Origin: Flavobacteriales bacterium | Lineage (GTDB): Bacteria; Bacteroidota; Bacteroidia; Flavobacteriales; BACL11 | DNA: 64,000 nt | Direction: 5' to 3' | Assembly (NCBI GenBank): GCA_965183885.1 | Contig: OZ238992.1 | Span: 1,915,159 to 1,979,158 of the forward strand | Part shown: positions 51,163 to 59,793 of the stretch, one piece after another | How the letters are laid out: each line of letters starts with the position of its first letter | Position numbering within the stretch: position 1 is the first letter of the stretch | The notes under the pieces: generated by a model | The model's database searches: none | Told to the model about the DNA's origin: nothing | The model's input: only the letters and a program-made list of their open reading frames with translations | Made by a program: the position numbers and the translations under genes

Positions 51163-54001
51163 TCTTATTGCAGCAGTTTTACTGTTTGCATCAACACTTG
51201 TAGCACAAGACTTAACAGAAACAACTTTAATAAAAGAAGCAAGTACTAATCCTTTAGATATTCCTTATGAAAAATGGGAGTTGCCTAATGGTTTAACAGT
51301 ATTAATCCATGAGGATCATTCTGACCCTTTGGTGCAAGTTCATGTTACTTACCACGTAGGAAGTAATCGTGAAACTGCTGGAAAATCAGGGTTTGCTCAC
51401 TTTTTTGAGCACATGATGTTTCAAGGGTCTGAGCATGTAGCTGATGAAAGACACTTTAAAATTATAAGTGATGCTGGGGGAGATATGAATGGGAATACTA
51501 CTGCTGATAGAACTGTATATTTTCAGACTGTTCCTTCAAATTATTTAGAGACTGCTTTGTGGTTAGAGTCTGATAGAATGGGCTTTATGTTAAACGCTGT
51601 AACTCAGGAAAAATTTGAAAACCAAAGAGATGCGGTAAAAAATGAAAAATATCAAAATCAAATTAACAGGCCTTACGGAATGAGTTATGAGATTTTAGGT
51701 CAGAACTTATATCCTCCATCTCACCCATATAACTGGCCGGTAATTGGTTATGTTGATGACTTAGATAGAGCAACAGTTGATGATTTAAAAAATTTCTTTT
51801 TAAGATGGTACGGACCAAATAATGCAATATTAACTATAGCAGGGGATGTTACTGCAGAAGAGGTACTTCCTTTAGTGGAAAAATACTTTAGCACAATACA
51901 AAGGGGTGCAACAGTAAGAAGACAAAAAGCAAATGTTCCAAGATTATCTTCAGATGTATATTGTGGTTATACTGATAATACCTATTTGCCTTTAATTGAT
52001 ATGGTATTTCCTACAGTACCTATGTACCATAAAGATGAAGCTCCTTTAGATATGTTATCAGCATTAATGGGTGGTGGAAATAACTCATTATTTTATAAAA
52101 ACTTTGTAAAAGAAGAAAAAGCAATGCAAGCTTCTGTTAATCACCCTTGCCGTGAGTTAGCAGGAGAGTTTCACTTTACAGTATTATCTTACCCTGATTG
52201 GCAAGAGGATCAAGGGGTCTATTTTAACCAGATTGAACAAGATATAAGAAGTACAATTTCAGAGTGGGAAGAAAAAGGGTTTACCGATGAAGCCTTAGCA
52301 ATGGTAAAAACAGAAATGGAGACTGGAATTATTAATCAAAAAGGGTCTGTAAGCTCTAAAGCATCAGCTATTTCTTCTATGGAATGGAGAGCTAGAGGTC
52401 GTATTAATATTTCTTCAGATATTAAAAGATATAATGATGTAACCAGGGAAGATATAATGCGCGTTTTCAAAAAGTATATTAAAAATAGAAAAGCTGTTAT
52501 TAATATTGTTCGTCCTAAAAGCCCTTATGTAAAAGAATTAGATAGTATTATTAGTATTAACCCTAATGCTAACTTAATGCTAACTGAGGACTCACAATAT
52601 GAAGATTTAGTATATAATAGACCAGTAGATAACTTTGATAGAGCAATACAGCCTAAAGCAGGTACACCAAAGCCTCCTAAAATTCCAGAATATTATAAAG
52701 ATAAGTTTGCAAATGGAATTAGTATTATTGGTACAGAGTCATCAGAATTACCTAAGGTAACTATACGATTAAACTTAGAAGGTGGAAGTTTATTAGAAGA
52801 TGCTAAAAAAGTAGGTTTATCAGAGTTTACAGCTTATATGATGAATGAGAGTACTAAAAGTAATGATGCTGAGGCTATAAGTACAATTTTAAGAAAATTA
52901 GGAAGTAGTATTTCTTTTTCTTCAGGAAAAACAGCTACAACTATGACCATTAACTGTTTAACTAAAAACCTTGATGCAACATTAGCTATTGCTAAAGAAA
53001 AACTTTTTGAACCTGCATTTACTAGTGAAGATTTTGAATTGGTTAAAAAGCAAATGATTGAAAGTATAGAAGCTGATAAGAAAAATGCTCAAGGACTAGC
53101 ATCTTCAGCATACTCAAAACAACTTTTTGGAGATACTCCTTTTGGAAGAAAAGCTAGTAGTAAAACAATTAATAAAATAAAGGTGTCTGATATAGAATCT
53201 TACTATAATAGTTTTTATACTCCTTCAGTAGCTTCTTTAGTTATAGTTGGTGATATTGATAAGGAAACTATATTAGCTAAACTTGATTTTTTAAAGAATT
53301 GGGAAGGGGAGAGTGTTAATATCCCTACAGCTGATGACTTTGAATATCCAGAGGATAATGTAACACAAATTTATTTAATTGATAAAGAAGGGTCTTCACA
53401 ATCTAATATATTTTTAGGACATAAAGCTGATAAGTTTGATGTTGCTGGAGATTATTTTAAATCAAAAATTATGAACTATCCATTAGGAGGTGGAGCTAGT
53501 GGGCGTTTATTCTTAAACCTTAGAGAAGATAAAGGGTTTACCTATGGTGTATATTCATTCTTTAGAGGTAGTGAGTATAATGGTTCCTTTACTGTATTTT
53601 CATCAGTAAAAACAGAAGCTACTGATAGTGCATTAGTTGAAATATTTAAAGAGTTAAATGCTATGAATACAACAGGAATTACTGCTGATGAATTAGCAAC
53701 TACAAAAAGCTCAATGCTTAATAGTGAGGCTTTAGAGTATGAAACGTTAGGACAAAAAGCAGGTTTCTTAAACACAATGTTAAAGTATAATCTTGATGAA
53801 ACATTTATTGACGAACAAGTAAAAGTACTTAATGAGATTAGTTTAGATGAGATTAATGCATTAGCAAAAGCAAAAATTAATCCTGAAAAAATGAGTATTG
53901 TTATTGTAGGGAATAAGTATCTTATTAAAAAGAAATTAGAAAATTTACAATCTAGTGCTGATGGCTTAAAATTTAATTTTAAGGTGACAGAACTTAAATA
54001 A
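51140..54001 (+). CDS. M16-family (pitrilysin/insulinase-like) zinc peptidase, secreted
   Basis: The track ORF (51074) is over-extended into gyrA. The likely start is [18 protein letters not shown] (ATG 51140 or 51149) with a signal peptide. Inverted zinc motif [11 protein letters not shown], and two M16 halves. Confidence 0.88.
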   Translation: MKKMKKINLIAAVLLFASTLVAQDLTETTLIKEASTNPLDIPYEKWELPNGLTVLIHEDHSDPLVQVHVTYHVGSNRETAGKSGFAHFFEHMMFQGSEHVADERHFKIISDAGGDMNGNTTADRTVYFQTVPSNYLETALWLESDRMGFMLNAVTQEKFENQRDAVKNEKYQNQINRPYGMSYEILGQNLYPPSHPYNWPVIGYVDDLDRATVDDLKNFFLRWYGPNNAILTIAGDVTAEEVLPLVEKYFSTIQRGATVRRQKANVPRLSSDVYCGYTDNTYLPLIDMVFPTVPMYHKDEAPLDMLSALMGGGNNSLFYKNFVKEEKAMQASVNHPCRELAGEFHFTVLSYPDWQEDQGVYFNQIEQDIRSTISEWEEKGFTDEALAMVKTEMETGIINQKGSVSSKASAISSMEWRARGRINISSDIKRYNDVTREDIMRVFKKYIKNRKAVINIVRPKSPYVKELDSIISINPNANLMLTEDSQYEDLVYNRPVDNFDRAIQPKAGTPKPPKIPEYYKDKFANGISIIGTESSELPKVTIRLNLEGGSLLEDAKKVGLSEFTAYMMNESTKSNDAEAISTILRKLGSSISFSSGKTATTMTINCLTKNLDATLAIAKEKLFEPAFTSEDFELVKKQMIESIEADKKNAQGLASSAYSKQLFGDTPFGRKASSKTINKIKVSDIESYYNSFYTPSVASLVIVGDIDKETILAKLDFLKNWEGESVNIPTADDFEYPEDNVTQIYLIDKEGSSQSNIFLGHKADKFDVAGDYFKSKIMNYPLGGGASGRLFLNLREDKGFTYGVYSFFRGSEYNGSFTVFSSVKTEATDSALVEIFKELNAMNTTGITADELATTKSSMLNSEALEYETLGQKAGFLNTMLKYNLDETFIDEQVKVLNEISLDEINALAKAKINPEKMSIVIVGNKYLIKKKLENLQSSADGLKFNFKVTELK

Positions 54002-54023
54002 AACTTAATTAATAAAATCAATT

Positions 54024-55202
54024 ATGAAACTTAAAAAAGGAATATTAACAGCAGTATTATTAGCTGTTACCACACTTACATTTGCACAATCGCATAATAT
54101 TGTTAACGCTTCAATTGCATTAAGAAATGAGAACCTTGCTGAAGCTAAGGACTATATTGACCAGGCTTATTCGGCAGAAAGTACTGCTAATGATCCTAAA
54201 ATGTGGAACTACCGTTCAAAAATCTACTTGGAGATAGCTATTAAAAAATCTGAACTAGATAGTGATGCTATTTTTAAAGCAACTGAAGCGTATTTAAAGT
54301 GCTTACAAACAGATAAAAAAGGAAGAATAGTTGTACGTAAATGGACAGCAGAGGAGGATGTAAGATCAAGTTTAGTACAGTGTGGTTATAAACTATTTAA
54401 TATTGCAATTGATAAGTATAACAAGGAGGACTATACAAGTTCTTTAAAGCACTACAATGTAATATTTGATATTATTCCTTTTGATACTGAAGATCAGTTA
54501 AAAAGAGGTAATATTACTGAAGAAACAATACTTTTTAATTCATTTTACGCTGCAAATAAAATGAAGGATAATGTAAAGTCACGTGAGTTATTACAAAAGC
54601 TTATTGATATTAACTTTAATGAGCCTTCTATTTATATTCATATGAGTAATAGTTACCTTGAAGATGATAATACAGAAAAGGCTATAGAGTATTTAGCATT
54701 AGGTAGAGAGAATTTTGAGGATGACCAATCACTTATTAATACTGAAATTAACTTGTATATTAAATTAGGAAGAACATCTGAGTTAATTGAGAAGTTAGGT
54801 GAGGCAATAGCTTTAGATGAGGAAAATGATGTATTATTCTTTAATAGAGGAACTATTTATGATCAAGAAGGAGATTTAATAAATGCTGAAAAAGATTATA
54901 AAAAAGCTATCGAGTTGAATCCTTCAGCATTTGGAGCTAATTATAATTTGGGAGCACTTTATTTTAATCAAGGAGTAGAGATAAATAATAAAGCAAATAG
55001 TACTAGTAATAATAGTACATATGAAAAATTAAAGAAGCAATCAGAAAGCACATTTGCTAAATCATTACCATATTTAGAAACTGCTTATGATTTAAACCCA
55101 GAGGATAAGAACACATTGTTGTCATTAAAACAATTATATTATTTAAATGGGGACTATGCAAAGTCAGAAGAAATGAAGAAGCTTATTGCAGAACTTAAAT
55201 AA
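54024..55202 (+). CDS. Tetratricopeptide-repeat protein, secreted
   Basis: 392 aa. Signal peptide and several TPR units (for example AEKDYKKAIELNPSAFGANYNLGALY). Confidence 0.8.
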   Translation: MKLKKGILTAVLLAVTTLTFAQSHNIVNASIALRNENLAEAKDYIDQAYSAESTANDPKMWNYRSKIYLEIAIKKSELDSDAIFKATEAYLKCLQTDKKGRIVVRKWTAEEDVRSSLVQCGYKLFNIAIDKYNKEDYTSSLKHYNVIFDIIPFDTEDQLKRGNITEETILFNSFYAANKMKDNVKSRELLQKLIDINFNEPSIYIHMSNSYLEDDNTEKAIEYLALGRENFEDDQSLINTEINLYIKLGRTSELIEKLGEAIALDEENDVLFFNRGTIYDQEGDLINAEKDYKKAIELNPSAFGANYNLGALYFNQGVEINNKANSTSNNSTYEKLKKQSESTFAKSLPYLETAYDLNPEDKNTLLSLKQLYYLNGDYAKSEEMKKLIAELK

Positions 55203-55217
55203 GAATAAAATGATAAG

Positions 55218-55242
55218 TGGGAGCTAATACTCCCATTTATTT
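55218..55242 (+). terminator. Probable terminator of the TPR gene
   Basis: TGGGAG-CTAATA-CTCCCA hairpin followed by TTTATTT. Confidence 0.5.
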
Positions 55243-55786
55243 AAATACAGTAATTTAACATAATATTAATTATAGGACAAAAGGAGTTGTGTGTTTATAT
55301 ATAGTACTATTGTATACTTTAGTCAACTATAATATATATTATGTCTGCACTAGCGTTTGCCCTTTGGGTAAATTTTTTTACAAAAAAAATGAAAAAGAAA
55401 ACTTTGGTCCTATAATTAGACATTATGTATAAATAGCCTGCTTGCCCTAGCACAATTTATTTTTTAAAAATATTTTTGTTTTAATAACAAAAAATTTTAA
55501 ATATAAATTCAGCCGCTTTGCCAATGCATTTTTAAGAATTTAATATTTTACCCACCGCCAAGAAATTTTATGTGGTAGTTTACTTGTATACAAAAAATGC
55601 TTTTGCCTTTATAATCTTAAGGCTTTATTTCGCATTTTTCTATACTGCATTAACTGAATTTTATTATTTATTCATTTTGCCTTGATGACAAATGAAGCGT
55701 TAGCAAATTCACGAATACTATTAAATAAAATTATTAATGAGTAAAACGAACCAAAAAATCAAGAATTATTATAGTCTTTTCTTTAG

Positions 55787-55826
55787 CAACAATTAGCAAG
55801 TATATTAAAATGTTTGCTAATTGTTG
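55787..55826 (-). terminator. 13-bp hairpin immediately downstream of the JAB-E1 gene (candidate terminator without U-tract)
   Basis: CAACAATTAGCAA (55787-55799) and TTGCTAATTGTTG (55814-55826) are perfect complements with a 14-nt loop, 30 nt past the stop at 55856. Confidence 0.4.
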
Positions 55827-55855
55827 TTATAGGAAATTTATCAGGTGAAAATAAT

Positions 55856-57346
55856 TTAAAAACTAAATATTGAAGATGCTACTTTTTTTATAAGAGAATA
55901 TAATCCTTTATTTTTTTTACCTGACAGGGAATTCTGATATTTAATTCTACTATTTTCTGATTGTAAGTGTTTTATTATTAAGGATTTATTTGTATCATCT
56001 GCACTTCCAATTAAATCTTTGGAAATCATACAGTCATGCTTACAATTATTTTCAAAACTAAAATCTATATTTCCTGTATTAAAATCCATTTCTTTTGGAC
56101 CGTAATAGAATCCTCTTGGTTTTAAAATCAAAGATAAAAATTGTTGTATTTCCATTCCTGCTAGACCCAAACTAAAACCGAAAACATTTTCACCTCGATT
56201 AATAAAGTGATTCTTAGGTAACCCCTTTATATACTTTGGATTATCTAATTCTCCTGATAATTCTAATGCCGCATCTTCAGGTCTATATTGCCCCAAACAT
56301 TGCATGCATATTCTTTCAGGTCCTATTGTGTGTGCTTTCCATCTAGCTTGATCTATATTTGATAAATCTGCATTTGGATTTGTATCAATTCCACCATCAA
56401 TAACTGGAATTAAGTTTGCAAATGATAAACAATCTAAAGCGTATCTAGGAAGAGGCATATCTACACAAGAAAATAAAATATCACAATCAAGCGCTGCTTC
56501 TTGTCCTTCTTTTTCAGTAATACTATAAGGTACGGCATTAATTTTTAAACCAGAAATGAGTTCAGTTTTTAAAAGTCTCTTTTTTTGAACATCTACTTTA
56601 AATTTTCCAATATCAGCTCTATTTATTGCTAATAATCTATCTAAATTTTTTAATTCAACTAAATCAAAATCAATAAGCGTTAAATTCTTAATACCTGTTC
56701 TTAAAATAGCTTCAGTAACTATAGAGCCAACACTACCTAAACCTACTATTCCAATTTTCAATCTAGAAATTTCATGCTGTTTTAAATCTCCCCAAGATGA
56801 AATAGTACGTTTAAACTCTTCTCCGAAATTAGATTTTGGGAAAATATCATCACAGAAATATGTTTTTAGGGACTTACCTACTACCCTTACGGATTCGCAC
56901 CAATATCGTTCATAAGTATTTGGGGCTTTTTTTATCCAAAATCGAGCACTCCAATAATTATCTATTCCAATTGTCATTCCAACTAGAGGTAACCCTGTAA
57001 CTGCCTTAACTCTTGGAGCTAACATTTTTTCTGCCTCTATATCGTCAAAGCTCATTCCTTGCCAACCTGGATAAGGATGACTATGAATAAAACAGATTCC
57101 TAAATTATTAGCTAAAGCATAAGAGGTTGCCTTATCAAAATAAACGGAATTAAAACTTACATTTCCATGTATATTTCTATCTCCAAATTCTGGTAAAATC
57201 ACTTCATTAATAACTCCTGTTTCTCGTAGTTTTCCAGAAGATAATTTATAAAAAGCAAAGCATAAATCTTCTTGACCATCCTCTCTAATAAGGTGTTCAA
57301 AAAATATCCTATTGACATTTTCTGTCATTGTTATACTATACTTCAT
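55856..57346 (-). CDS. JAB (JAMM-like deubiquitinase-type metalloprotease) fused to ThiF/MoeB-type E1-like adenylating enzyme
   Basis: 496 aa. N-terminal E (GQEDLCF) plus HSHPYPGWQGMSFDD (H-x-H-x8-S-x2-D). The C-terminal half has IGIVGLGSVGS (GxGxxG), LIDFDLVELKNLDRL, FSCVDMPLPR, and CMQC...CKHDC cysteine pairs. Confidence 0.8.
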   Translation of the reverse strand: MKYSITMTENVNRIFFEHLIREDGQEDLCFAFYKLSSGKLRETGVINEVILPEFGDRNIHGNVSFNSVYFDKATSYALANNLGICFIHSHPYPGWQGMSFDDIEAEKMLAPRVKAVTGLPLVGMTIGIDNYWSARFWIKKAPNTYERYWCESVRVVGKSLKTYFCDDIFPKSNFGEEFKRTISSWGDLKQHEISRLKIGIVGLGSVGSIVTEAILRTGIKNLTLIDFDLVELKNLDRLLAINRADIGKFKVDVQKKRLLKTELISGLKINAVPYSITEKEGQEAALDCDILFSCVDMPLPRYALDCLSFANLIPVIDGGIDTNPNADLSNIDQARWKAHTIGPERICMQCLGQYRPEDAALELSGELDNPKYIKGLPKNHFINRGENVFGFSLGLAGMEIQQFLSLILKPRGFYYGPKEMDFNTGNIDFSFENNCKHDCMISKDLIGSADDTNKSLIIKHLQSENSRIKYQNSLSGKKNKGLYSLIKKVASSIFSF

Positions 57347-57702
57347 TCGAAATCTAATAATGTTCTTAAAAATGCTAAATAATCATCCGCAGTCATACCA
57401 GAAGTCCATCCTTTAAATGGTCTACTCCAATACTGATATTCTTGTGTAGGAACTTTTCTGTCGTGTATTCCGCCAAAAGGATGTGTGCCTCCACCTCCTG
57501 TAATAGGAAGTAAATGTGGTTTTATATGTGGTCCTGAAGGCGGTAACAATGGAAACTGTTGACCTTGTAAAGCTATTTCAATTTCTTGTCCTTTAAACCT
57601 CCCTAATGGAACGATAAACTTGAAGCACACAAAATTATTTGTGTGCATCCAAGTTTCGAGTCCTTTGCTTTGCAGTTGACTCATTAACTCATTATTTCCC
57701 AT
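57343..57702 (-). CDS. E2/UBC-fold-like protein lacking an active-site cysteine (Prok-E2_E-like)
   Basis: 119 aa. FPLLPPSGPHIKPH resembles the UBC YPxxPP...HPN segment. The gene sits between a Ubl gene and an E1 gene and overlaps the E1 start by 4 nt. The only Cys is C26. Confidence 0.55.
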   Translation of the reverse strand: MGNNELMSQLQSKGLETWMHTNNFVCFKFIVPLGRFKGQEIEIALQGQQFPLLPPSGPHIKPHLLPITGGGGTHPFGGIHDRKVPTQEYQYWSRPFKGWTSGMTADDYLAFLRTLLDFE

Positions 57703-57704
57703 AA

Positions 57705-58148
57705 CTACGAAACAGTTGTAGGTTCAAGTTTACAAGAACTAAATTTAAGAGCATTTTTAATAGATACTTTATGCTCTCTATCATTTTTATAACTAACTTC
57801 TATATGTCCACTAATTTGTTTTAAATAAAACCCATTAGCATTCTTTCCTGATGCAGTTAATATTTGATTTGGAGTCATAAAACATTCATCTACTTGAAAA
57901 GGTTCATCATCAACATAAATGATTAGTTTCTTATAAGGTTTTGCAAAAAAACCTTCAATTCCAGCCTCATTAAGATCAATTCTTTCATCTAATTGAACTG
58001 GCTCAAAACCTTTCTCATTTACTTTGATTAATAATTCATAATCTTCAACCGGGAATAGATTTGCTTTCTTTAATATTTCTTCCCCTGTAATAATTGCATC
58101 AACAGTTTCAAATTTTTCTCTGTTAACTTTGTAACTAAATTTTTCCAT
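57705..58148 (-). CDS. Tandem ubiquitin-like (two beta-grasp repeats; Multiubiquitin-type) protein
   Basis: 147 aa. Two roughly 65-aa repeats share the same pattern (FSYKVNREKFETVDAIITGEEILKKANL... and LIIYVDDEPFQVDECFMTPNQILTASGK...). 2-nt gap to the E2-like gene. Confidence 0.6.
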   Translation of the reverse strand: MEKFSYKVNREKFETVDAIITGEEILKKANLFPVEDYELLIKVNEKGFEPVQLDERIDLNEAGIEGFFAKPYKKLIIYVDDEPFQVDECFMTPNQILTASGKNANGFYLKQISGHIEVSYKNDREHKVSIKNALKFSSCKLEPTTVS

Positions 58149-58173
58149 TTTTTTGTTTTTTTAATGGATTAAC

Positions 58174-58197
58174 TCATGTTCTTATATTAGAACATGA
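58174..58197. promoter_or_regulatory. 24-bp palindrome TCATGTTCT-TATATT-AGAACATGA (candidate operator of the Ubl operon)
   Basis: Perfect 9-bp arms, 26-49 nt upstream of the Ubl start codon (58148, minus strand), in the divergent region shared with the HTH-ImmA gene. Confidence 0.4.
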
Positions 58198-58265
58198 ATA
58201 TACTATTTTGGTAAAAGTTGTAAAAGAAATTTTGATAATAAATATAAAATTATATCTTTGCACAA

Positions 58266-58376
58266 CTATATAGGGATATTAAGGTGATAAGCCTTAATAG
58301 TGCAAGTCTGTAGAAAACTTTTACCCCATTTATATAATCCAATTTATTGTTACCTGCAATAGATTGGATTTTTTTG
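58266..58376 (+). ncRNA. Candidate small RNA (about 110 nt) bounded by a promoter box and a strong intrinsic terminator
   Basis: TTG (58232-58234)-N18-TATCTTTG (58253-58260) promoter. Internal 8-bp hairpin TATTAAGG/CCTTAATA (58277-58299). No ATG-initiated ORF in between. Confidence 0.35.
58337..58376 (+). terminator. Strong Rho-independent terminator with no upstream + strand gene
   Basis: 14-bp stem AATCCAATTTATTG / CAATAGATTGGATT (one G-U pair that would become an A-C mismatch on the other strand), 7-nt loop, then TTTTTT. Confidence 0.7.
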
Positions 58377-58616
58377 TTTTTATCCTTTTTTATTTTTAAA
58401 TTATGAATACAAATATACTTAAATAATATGTAATGATATTACAATGATACTGTTTTTGTTATCAAAGTTTTTAACTTTATGTTAATAACATATTTCAATA
58501 TTAATAACAGTATACTGAATATTTATTAGTTAGAGAGTTCTGACAATAGTATCTTATATAGTTACTTGTAAAGTAAATAAATTAACAAACAACCTAATAA
58601 TTAATTTATATTTTAA

Positions 58617-58624
58617 TAGATTTG
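58617..58624 (+). promoter_or_regulatory. -7 promoter box TAGATTTG
   Basis: Exact TAnnTTTG match. The TTG 58622 start of the track ORF lies inside the box, so the real start is ATG 58637 or 58649. Confidence 0.5.
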
Positions 58625-58636
58625 CAATCAACTTAT

Positions 58637-59734
58637 ATGATAAAATTTATGTCAAAAGATATTAATCATCCTGGTGTATTTCTAAATAAGCTACTTGTAG
58701 ATAAAGGAATTAGCCAACGAGAATTTGCCTCAAAGATTAATATTGCACATTCACTTTTAAATAACATATTAAAAGGTAATAGAAATATCAATATTAATAT
58801 TGCTATTTCACTTGAATCTGCTAGGATGAAAACTGCTGATTATTGGCTAAAAGAGCAAATGAAGTACTCTTTATATTTAGCAAAGAATAATGAAGAAATA
58901 ATAAAGAAAAATGAATGTATAAAGATATGGAATGATTTAGAGGAATTAGTTCCCATTTCATTTTTCAAAAAACAGGGTCATCTAGAATCAAGTTCTTTAA
59001 ATGATGATATTAATAAAATATATGAAATTTATGAGGTAGAAGACATAAGAAGCTTAAAGCATAAAGTTAACACCTATCAACTAAGCCATTTTAGAAAATC
59101 ATCAAAATTTCCTGAAAATGAAAGGAATATAATTGCTTGGTCTCTATTAGCAAAATATAAAGCAAAGCAAGAAGAATTAAAACCTTTTTCAAAAACGAAT
59201 GAAGGATTCTTGATAAATGAACTGAAAAGATGTTTTTTGAAGAATGAGAACACATTAAGTAAGTCTAAAGAAATACTAAATAAATATGGAATTAAATTTT
59301 TTATTTTGGACAGGCCACCTAAAACTCCAGTTGATGGGAAATCATTTATGTCTGGAAAATCTCCTGCAATAGTTTTATCATTAAAATATAAAAGATTAGA
59401 TAATTTTGCTTTTACATTATTTCATGAGATTGGACATGTTTTTAAGCACTTGATTACTCCTAAATATAAAGGTGTTGATTTCTTTGTTAACGGTTCTAAT
59501 GAAAAGTTTGAAGAATTTGAAGCTAACATATACGCAAGAAATCACTTAATTGATTCTGAATCTTGGAGTAATTTTATTAATTCAAATAGTGAATTTAATG
59601 ATGAAGTTATTAATAAGTTCTCTACTTCAATTAAAGTTCATCCTTCAATAATTAGAGGAAGAGTATGTTTTGAATATCCAGAATATTATAAAAAGAGGAG
59701 TGCTATAAATAGAATTAATTATTTAACTTACTAA
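58637..59734 (+). CDS. Fusion of XRE/HigA-type HTH domain and ImmA/IrrE-family (COG2856) zinc metallopeptidase
   Basis: N-terminal HPGVFLNKLLVDKGISQREFASKINIAHSLLNNILKGNRNI (HTH). C-terminal FAFTLFHEIGHVFKH (HExxH), then EEFEANIYARNHLI (downstream Glu ligand). Confidence 0.85.
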   Translation: MIKFMSKDINHPGVFLNKLLVDKGISQREFASKINIAHSLLNNILKGNRNININIAISLESARMKTADYWLKEQMKYSLYLAKNNEEIIKKNECIKIWNDLEELVPISFFKKQGHLESSSLNDDINKIYEIYEVEDIRSLKHKVNTYQLSHFRKSSKFPENERNIIAWSLLAKYKAKQEELKPFSKTNEGFLINELKRCFLKNENTLSKSKEILNKYGIKFFILDRPPKTPVDGKSFMSGKSPAIVLSLKYKRLDNFAFTLFHEIGHVFKHLITPKYKGVDFFVNGSNEKFEEFEANIYARNHLIDSESWSNFINSNSEFNDEVINKFSTSIKVHPSIIRGRVCFEYPEYYKKRSAINRINYLTY

Positions 59735-59793
59735 CCTTCTATTCTAAACCAGTAATTAATTTACTACTTTTTTTTAATAATGCCTCCCCCCTA

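Noticed and set aside
55248-55262. A possible att-like direct repeat flanking the Ubl island: CAGTAATTTAAC at about 55250 versus CAGTAATTAATTTAC at about 59752.
   Set aside because: Only an 8-mer core is shared. By a rough estimate such a match is expected by chance in AT-rich flanks, and no integrase or tRNA is nearby.
55341-55415. 24-codon ORF MSALAFALWVNFFTKKMKKKTLVL in the AT-rich tract.
   Set aside because: It is too short to support from sequence alone. The neighbouring repeat unit has the same ATG followed by an early stop, so it is more likely part of a degenerate repeat than a gene.
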